DNA of 64,000 nucleotides, taken from contig OZ241986.1 in NCBI GenBank assembly GCA_965204375.1, positions 1,120,001-1,184,000 of the forward strand, in the 5' to 3' direction. Below, piece by piece: positions 57,780 through 64,000 of the stretch (positions are counted from its first letter, which is position 1; every line of letters begins with the position of its first letter). The notes beneath the pieces are model-generated. The model was not told the origin of the DNA and did no database searches. It saw only the letters and a program-made list of their open reading frames with translations. Source of the DNA: Candidatus Latescibacterota bacterium. GTDB lineage: Bacteria > Latescibacterota > UBA2968. The translations under genes and the position numbers were made by a program.

Positions 57780-59903
57780 ATGCGTTATTTTAGACAGTTT
57801 TTGATTTTTACCTGTATTCTGGGCCTGACGAGTAATTTTATTTTTGCGCAAAATACAGAAGAGGAGAAGAAGGAGGAGGAAGAACTGCCCGTTTATGCGG
57901 GAGAAGAGATCGTGGTGACGGAGAGCAAGGAAAAAGTGCCTACCGTGAGTACTATCGCGATGAAGGTTCCCGTCCCAATCCGTTTGACACCGGCGAGTAT
58001 CGGAGTTGTCAATCACGGGTTGTTTCAACATCAAAGCGGCGTGGTTTTGGGGGATGCACTGCGAAATGTGAGCGGGGTCAATATTCAGACCGTATTTGGC
58101 GTTACGGATTTCTTCGTCATTCGCGGGTTCGATTCGCTTTCCAGCGGGCTGGTGCTCACCGATGGGGCGTCAGAGCCGGAAGCCACGTTTTACAATCTTT
58201 ACAATTTGGATCGCGTGGAGGTACTCAAGGGACCGGGGGCATTTTTGTACGGCGGCAACCCGCTTTCTGGATCGGTGAATCTGAGTCGCAAACAACCGAT
58301 TTTTTCAAATGCTTTCCAGGTCGGAGGGTCTTACGGTCCGTACAATACGGTTCGTGGAACAGTAGATGCAAATTGGGCAGATGTCGATCAGGGTGTTGCC
58401 GTGCGCATCAATGCACTGCGGCAGGTGTCTGATAGTTATAGAGACGATAAAGACAGCGGTTTGTGGGCTGTGAATCCCGCGGCGACATGGCGGCCCAGTG
58501 ACAAAACCACAGTGACTGCCAATTTCGAATATGTCACCAGCAGGTACAAATCAGATGCGGGTATTCCCATTATCAATGGGGTGGTCGCAGATGTGCCGCG
58601 CACGCAATCGTATCAATCGCCTTTTGATGCGTCAGATCAAGATATTTATCGGGCGCGCGTCGATCTTCACTCTCGCTTGTCGAGACAGGTCACGCTTCGC
58701 AATAAGCTCTATTATACCGATTTTTCATGGGTATCTCAGGGTACATTGTTCAGTGGCGTTTTCCCCAATGCTCAGGGTAGCCTGGATATTCTGCGCTCAC
58801 TTGTTCTTTTGGACGACCGTCAGAAAGTGTTGGGCAATCAGTTTGAGTTTTTATCCACATTCCGCACGGGACATGTAGAACACACGCTGCTTACCGGGTT
58901 GGAATTGATGCAGTGGAAAGACAAATTTACCTTAGATGTGGCGGCTTTGCCCAATATCGACGTTTTCAATCCCATGGAAACCGCGAGCCAGCCGTTTTTT
59001 ATTATTCCGGGGCAATCGCAGGGGGCGGATTCAAAAAGCCGCGTTGTCGCGCCTTATGTCGTGGATCGCATTGTCTTTTGTCCCTGCTATGAGGCATTTG
59101 TAGGTGTGCGATATGACCGCATCGATTACGATGATCCCGTGACTTCTACTTCTCGCAATTACAACAAACTGAGTCCTATGGCCGGCATGGTGGTTTCATT
59201 TAAGGATGTTCTCTCGTTGTACGCCAATGTGGGTAAAGCATTTGCGCCTCCTTCGAGCCTGGTCGCAGGTCCGCGAGAGACCGAAGAGAGTTTTCAGATG
59301 GAAGTGGGCGCGAAAAAATTCCTGTTGGATGACCGCCTGCACGCGAGTCTCGCTGTTTATCATTTGGCAAAAGACAACATCGGAATTCCCGATGCGACGG
59401 GTGTCACACAGCAAGATGGAGATCAACGGTCTCGCGGTGTCGAGTTTGAGATGATGGTGCGCCCCGTGAGAAATTGGCACACGTTTTTATCCTACTCATT
59501 TTCCAATGCCACACTCACGCGCTTTGCCGAGTTTGTTCCCGTGTTCACGCAAACGGGTATTACATACCAGCTTATGGATCGTTCGGGAAATAGGGCGGCT
59601 TTTTCGCCGCGCCATATTTTCAATGTGTGGACGGCGAGAGGATTTGACAATGGGTTGGAATTTGGGATTGGCGCGCGCTATGTCACCAACCAGTTTATTG
59701 CTGCAGATAATCAATTTCAGATTGGGGATGTGATGACGCTGGATGCATCCGCGTCTTATACGTACAAGCAGATGAAATTTCGCATCAATGCTAAAAATTT
59801 GACCAATCAGGAATACGAAACGCAGGGTAGCCTTGGCGCCCCTACCTCAGTTATTCCGGCCAATCCATTTGGCCTGTACTGTGCTTTTGAAGTTAATATT
59901 TGA
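57780..59903 (+). CDS. TonB-dependent outer membrane receptor
   Basis: EEIVVT TonB-box-like segment, FVIRGF, RVEVLKGPGAFLYG plug, NAKNLTNQEY. Confidence 0.92.
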   Translation: MRYFRQFLIFTCILGLTSNFIFAQNTEEEKKEEEELPVYAGEEIVVTESKEKVPTVSTIAMKVPVPIRLTPASIGVVNHGLFQHQSGVVLGDALRNVSGVNIQTVFGVTDFFVIRGFDSLSSGLVLTDGASEPEATFYNLYNLDRVEVLKGPGAFLYGGNPLSGSVNLSRKQPIFSNAFQVGGSYGPYNTVRGTVDANWADVDQGVAVRINALRQVSDSYRDDKDSGLWAVNPAATWRPSDKTTVTANFEYVTSRYKSDAGIPIINGVVADVPRTQSYQSPFDASDQDIYRARVDLHSRLSRQVTLRNKLYYTDFSWVSQGTLFSGVFPNAQGSLDILRSLVLLDDRQKVLGNQFEFLSTFRTGHVEHTLLTGLELMQWKDKFTLDVAALPNIDVFNPMETASQPFFIIPGQSQGADSKSRVVAPYVVDRIVFCPCYEAFVGVRYDRIDYDDPVTSTSRNYNKLSPMAGMVVSFKDVLSLYANVGKAFAPPSSLVAGPRETEESFQMEVGAKKFLLDDRLHASLAVYHLAKDNIGIPDATGVTQQDGDQRSRGVEFEMMVRPVRNWHTFLSYSFSNATLTRFAEFVPVFTQTGITYQLMDRSGNRAAFSPRHIFNVWTARGFDNGLEFGIGARYVTNQFIAADNQFQIGDVMTLDASASYTYKQMKFRINAKNLTNQEYETQGSLGAPTSVIPANPFGLYCAFEVNI

Positions 59904-59906
59904 ACT

Positions 59907-61175
59907 ATGCCTGACTTGACTACAGACCGAAACGCGCTCTGGCAACGGCAGTTAAAGCGGTTGCGAGGTATGCTGTCTCCAGTGCTGGATGGCAATGATT
60001 TTTATCGCAATAAGTTGAATCGGGCGGGTATTTATCGACCCGAGGATATTCAGACGCGCGATGATTACAGGCTGTTGCCCTTCACGACTAAAGAGGAATT
60101 ATCGGCTGATCAGATGGCGTATCCCCCTTATGGCAGCAATGTGACTTTTCCGCCAGATCACTATATCCGCGTCCATCAAACATCGGGGACTACGGGAGAG
60201 CCTTTGAACTGGTTGGATACGGTAGAGAGTTGGGATTGGTTTGCGCGTTGCTGGACTTATGTGTATCGCGGGGCGGGCGTGACGGCAAATGACAGATTGT
60301 TTTTTGCCTTTTCTTTTGGTCCTTTTATTGGATTCTGGAGCGGGCATGAAGGTGCGCGTTTAATGGGGACAATGGCCATCCCCGGGGGGGCCATGTCCTC
60401 AATTCAGCGTTTGCAAGCGATTCGGGATCATGAGGCTACTGTTCTTGTCTGTACGCCGACGTATGCCCTGCATCTGGCAGAGGTGGCTGAGGCAGAAGGT
60501 ATAGATATTGCAAACGGAAGTGTTCAGACCACGATTCACGCGGGCGAACCCGGTGCGGGATTACCTGCGACCAGACAGCGCATTGAACAGGCATGGGGAG
60601 CGCGTTGTTATGATCACGCTGGGGCGACTGAGGTAGGTGCGTGGGGATTTGAATGTGCTTTTCGAGATGGCATGCATATCAACGAAGCCGAATTTATTTC
60701 TGAAGTGATCGATCCCGATACGGGCGAACAAGCGAGAGAGGGAGAGTTGGTACTCACCAATTTGGGACGCGCTGGCATGCCCGTTATTCGCTATCGCACG
60801 GGAGATCGCGTAAAGCTGAATACAGAAATTTATGATTACGGTTCGAGTTTCTCGCGTCTTGAAGGAGGCGTGATTGGACGTATCGACGATGCGTTGATTG
60901 TCCGCGGCGTCAATTTTTATCCCAGCGCGATTGAAAATATCGTGCGAGAATTTCCCGAAGTGACCGAGTTTGCGGTGGATATTTATCGGCAAGGCGAAAT
61001 GGATGATATGCAAATTCGCATCGAGTTAAATGGCGGGGAGTCGGGTCCGATTTCCAATGCCATAGCCAGAGAAGTGCGACATATTCTGGGCATACGCGCT
61101 GGCGTTCAAACCGTGCCACACAATACTTTGCCGCGATTTGAGTTGAAAGCGAGACGGTTTATGGATCACCGTTAA
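59907..61175 (+). CDS. Phenylacetate-CoA ligase (PaaK)-family AMP-dependent ligase
   Basis: PFTTK, TSGTTG, AGEPG, GATEVG, RYRTGD, GRIDD..IVRGVNFYPSAIE. Confidence 0.88.
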   Translation: MPDLTTDRNALWQRQLKRLRGMLSPVLDGNDFYRNKLNRAGIYRPEDIQTRDDYRLLPFTTKEELSADQMAYPPYGSNVTFPPDHYIRVHQTSGTTGEPLNWLDTVESWDWFARCWTYVYRGAGVTANDRLFFAFSFGPFIGFWSGHEGARLMGTMAIPGGAMSSIQRLQAIRDHEATVLVCTPTYALHLAEVAEAEGIDIANGSVQTTIHAGEPGAGLPATRQRIEQAWGARCYDHAGATEVGAWGFECAFRDGMHINEAEFISEVIDPDTGEQAREGELVLTNLGRAGMPVIRYRTGDRVKLNTEIYDYGSSFSRLEGGVIGRIDDALIVRGVNFYPSAIENIVREFPEVTEFAVDIYRQGEMDDMQIRIELNGGESGPISNAIAREVRHILGIRAGVQTVPHNTLPRFELKARRFMDHR

Positions 61176-61253
61176 AAATCAGCTATAGATAAAAGGAGTA
61201 CATCTGCCTTCATAACACAGGTAGATCAGTTTAAAAAGAAAGGAGATAGCGAT

Positions 61254-61472
61254 ATGACAGACCTTCTTACTAAAGCCTTTGAAGAAGCGCAAAAACTTCC
61301 CGAAAAATCACAGGATGCGCTTGCCGAGCAATTGCTAAAAGATATTGAGGAAGAGGTTCGATGGGATGAATCCCTAGCAAAATCTCCCGATGTGCTTGCC
61401 GCACTCGCAGATAAGGCCAGAGAGGAATATAGAGCAGGGCGTACAAAAGAAATGGGTTTTGATGAACTGTGA
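61254..61472 (+). CDS. Type II antitoxin
   Basis: 72-aa acidic protein overlapping the toxin start (GTGA). Confidence 0.75.
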   Translation: MTDLLTKAFEEAQKLPEKSQDALAEQLLKDIEEEVRWDESLAKSPDVLAALADKAREEYRAGRTKEMGFDEL

Positions 61473-61738
61473 CTTCCCAACTAACACGAGACTTCATCCG
61501 GTGTTTCCAAAAATTACCCGACAGAGTCAAGGTAATTGCGCGAAAAAATTACAAACTTTGGAAAGAAAATAGGGCGCATCCTAGCCTTGAGTTTAAGCGG
61601 GTGCATCCAACGCAAACAATCTACTCTATAAGGATAGGAAGAGGTTGGCGAGCTCTGGGCATTTTGGAAAATGATATTATCCTGTGGTTCTGGATTGGGC
61701 CACATAGTGAATACGACATATTAGTGAAAAACTTTTAG
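61469..61738 (+). CDS. RelE/ParE-like toxin
   Basis: HPSLEFKRV, YSIRIG..WRALG, WFWIGPHSEYD. Confidence 0.8.
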   Translation: MTSQLTRDFIRCFQKLPDRVKVIARKNYKLWKENRAHPSLEFKRVHPTQTIYSIRIGRGWRALGILENDIILWFWIGPHSEYDILVKNF

Positions 61739-61748
61739 GACCTATTTC

Positions 61749-62993
61749 ATGATCAATCATTACGATGTCATTGTCATTGGTGGAGGACCTGCGGGAAGCA
61801 CGACAGCCGCGCTTGTCGCTGAATATGGGCACCGCGTGCTGCTGTTGGAAAGGGAGGAGTTTCCCAGATTCCAGATTGGCGAATCTCTGATGCCGGGTAC
61901 GTACTGGTCGTTTAAGCGACTGGGGCTGCTGGATAAGCTGAAAAAAAGTGCGTTTGTCAAAAAATACAGTGTTCAGTTTTTTAGCGGATCGGGAAAAGGC
62001 TCTGCACCATTTTATTTTCACTTACACGATCCCCACGAAAGTTCTATCACATATCAGGTATTGCGCAGCGAATTTGATCTTATGATGATGGACAATGCCC
62101 GTGAGAAAGGTGCTGAGGTCGAGCAGGGGGCGAGTGTGCATCAGGTGCATTTTTCCGGGGATAAGGCAACGGGTGTTCAGGTGAGATACCGCGATGGACA
62201 AATTAAAGATGTGTTTGCCAGTGTTATCGTAGATGCGACGGGGCGAAGCGCGCTTATTTCGAGAAGGCTAAAGACCAAGACGATTGAGCCGAAGCTCAAA
62301 AAGGCGTCCATTTTCACGCACTACAAAGGCGCGTTTCGCGATGAGGGTATTGACGAAGGTGCAACGCTGATTTTACATACGCGAGACAAGGACTCCTGGT
62401 TCTGGTACATCCCGCTGGCAGATGATGTGGCCAGCGTGGGCGTTGTTGGGGGATTGGATTATTTGCTACAAAACCGCAAGAGAACCCCTCAGGAAATTTT
62501 TGAAGAAGAGCTGGATAAGTGTATCCGCATGCAAGAACGGCTCGCAGGGGCCGAGCAGTTGTTTCCCATGAAAGTCACGCAGGACTTTTCATACCGATCC
62601 AATACTGTCGCGGGTGAGGGATGGGTGCTGGTGGGCGATGCTTTTGGTTTTATCGATCCCGTTTATTCCTCGGGTGTGTTCCTCGCGCTCAAATCGGGCG
62701 AGATGGCCGCCGATGCGATACACGAAGCCATTGAGAAGCGCGATTTCTCAGCCGAGCAACTCGGCAAATGGGGGCCAGAATTTCTCCCGGGCATGGAGGC
62801 GATTCGCAAATTGGTCTATGCTTTTTATACCAAAGATTTCAGTTTTGCCAGATTTTTAAAAGCACATCCAGAATGTATAGATGGCATTATCAATATCTTA
62901 AAAGGCAATGTCTATCGCGAGGATGTCACCCCTATTTTTGAACCTATGGGGCAAATGTGCGATCTGCCCGAGACTGTGGATCACTATTCCTAA
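61749..62993 (+). CDS. FAD-dependent halogenase-family flavoprotein
   Basis: GGGPAG, FPRFQIGES, FVKK, WFWYIP, GDAFGFIDPVYSSG. Confidence 0.8.
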   Translation: MINHYDVIVIGGGPAGSTTAALVAEYGHRVLLLEREEFPRFQIGESLMPGTYWSFKRLGLLDKLKKSAFVKKYSVQFFSGSGKGSAPFYFHLHDPHESSITYQVLRSEFDLMMMDNAREKGAEVEQGASVHQVHFSGDKATGVQVRYRDGQIKDVFASVIVDATGRSALISRRLKTKTIEPKLKKASIFTHYKGAFRDEGIDEGATLILHTRDKDSWFWYIPLADDVASVGVVGGLDYLLQNRKRTPQEIFEEELDKCIRMQERLAGAEQLFPMKVTQDFSYRSNTVAGEGWVLVGDAFGFIDPVYSSGVFLALKSGEMAADAIHEAIEKRDFSAEQLGKWGPEFLPGMEAIRKLVYAFYTKDFSFARFLKAHPECIDGIINILKGNVYREDVTPIFEPMGQMCDLPETVDHYS

Positions 62994-63005
62994 TTCTTAA
63001 TTCCT

Positions 63006-64000
63006 ATGCGAATTGCTTATATTGCCGCGGGTGCGGCGGGTATGTATTGTGGCAGTTGTATTCACGATAATGCGCTGGCCTCTGCGCTTCAGCGCAAGGG
63101 AATAGATTTCGCGCTTATTCCGACGTACACGCCCCTGCGTACCGATGAACCGGGCGCGAGTATTGATCGGGTGTTTTACGGCGGCATAAATGTTTATCTC
63201 CAGCAGAAAATGGGGATTTTTCGGCACATGCCCTCTTTTGTCGATAGATTATTGAATGGCCGAATACTGCTCAATAGTCTCGCCCGTTTTAGTGGATCAA
63301 CCCGCGCGGAAGATCTCGGCGCGCTTACCGTGTCGGTTTTAGAGGGGGAAGATGGGGCGCAAAAAAAAGAACTCGCAAAGCTGGTGTACTGGTTAAAAGA
63401 GGATTTCCAGCCAGACCTCGTGCAATTGACCAATTCGATGTTTTTGGGCATGGCGAGAGAAATGAAACGGGAACTCGGTATTCCCGTTTTGTGTTCTCTG
63501 CAAGGCGAAGATATCTTTCTCGAAGGATTGATAGAACCGTATAAATCGGAGGCGCGGCAGTGCTTACGAGATCGAGCAAGGGATGTCGATGGGTTTGTAG
63601 CTACTTGTGACTATTATGCCGATTTTATGGCTGATTATCTCGATGTCCCGCGCAATCGGATTCACGTCGCGCCTTTGGGCATCAAATTAGACGGACATGG
63701 AGAAAGCGATGTAAAGCCAGATTCGCTGCCTTTTGCGATTGGTTATCTCGCTCGAATATGTCCCGAGAAGGGGTTGCATGCGCTGGTAGATGCGTTTCAT
63801 CAACTGGCTGAGCAAGTCGGTAAGGAGAATCTAAGACTCAGTGTTGCCGGTTATCTCGGACAAAGAGATACGCCATATTTTCAGCACGTATGCGAACAAA
63901 TCGCATCCCGGGGACTTTCCGATGTTTTTGATTATCGCGGGGAAGTCAATCGAGAAGAAAAAATTGCATTCCTGAATAGCATCCATATCTTATCCGTGCC
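63006..64000 (+). CDS. GT4-family glycosyltransferase (3' truncated by window edge; not in the ORF track)
   Basis: Hand translation MRIAYIAAGAAGMYCGSCIHDN...IGYLARICPEKGL... Confidence 0.85.
   Translation, partial: MRIAYIAAGAAGMYCGSCIHDNALASALQRKGIDFALIPTYTPLRTDEPGASIDRVFYGGINVYLQQKMGIFRHMPSFVDRLLNGRILLNSLARFSGSTRAEDLGALTVSVLEGEDGAQKKELAKLVYWLKEDFQPDLVQLTNSMFLGMAREMKRELGIPVLCSLQGEDIFLEGLIEPYKSEARQCLRDRARDVDGFVATCDYYADFMADYLDVPRNRIHVAPLGIKLDGHGESDVKPDSLPFAIGYLARICPEKGLHALVDAFHQLAEQVGKENLRLSVAGYLGQRDTPYFQHVCEQIASRGLSDVFDYRGEVNREEKIAFLNSIHILSV

Noticed and set aside
59907-61175. paaK of phenylacetate catabolism
   Set aside because: No other paa genes nearby, so the gene symbol was withheld

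Overview
Bacterial chromosomal window with no rRNA, tRNA or CRISPR array detected. The gene content (two DUF6785/DUF6784-type membrane proteins, two PhyH dioxygenases, four PQQ-like beta-propellers, an S8 protease with a dockerin-like EF-hand tail, Sel1/TPR proteins, lpxH) suggests a diderm Latescibacterota/Gemmatimonadota/Poribacteria-like organism, possibly host-associated; this is an inference only. Layout: (1) catabolic genes at 1-4441. (2) A co-directional defence/toxin-antitoxin (TA) island at 4434-11990 behind dxs: AAA_21 ATPase + PIN pair, single-chain type IIG/ISP-like restriction-methylase, two orphan 'DPIVEEI' small proteins, and a PIN-like-DUF433 fusion. (3) dxs and sugar/oxidoreductase genes at 12-26.5 kb. 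(4) A mobile patch at 26.6-34 kb: IS1595 transposase, probable passenger genes, a small ORF with a predicted antisense RNA, and an Rpn gene with an internal RBS and a sigma54-type promoter. (5) Housekeeping genes: UvrD with a degenerate exonuclease insert, lpxH, glpK, purC. (6) From 45267 to the window end, the strongest candidate for an undescribed system: an operon-like cluster with no PKS/NRPS core in the window. It combines a GriC/GriD (EhpF/EhpG)-type carboxylate reductase pair, Fe-ADH, HemN-like radical SAM, PaaK-like CoA ligase, halogenase-motif flavoprotein, CxxC-bearing GT4, a TonB receptor and four secreted PQQ-like beta-propellers. Intergenic spaces carry 7-9-bp periodic repeats and GTAG-REP elements that often begin at stop codons and in places contribute coding sequence. 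All family assignments are by motif recognition; no database search was run.
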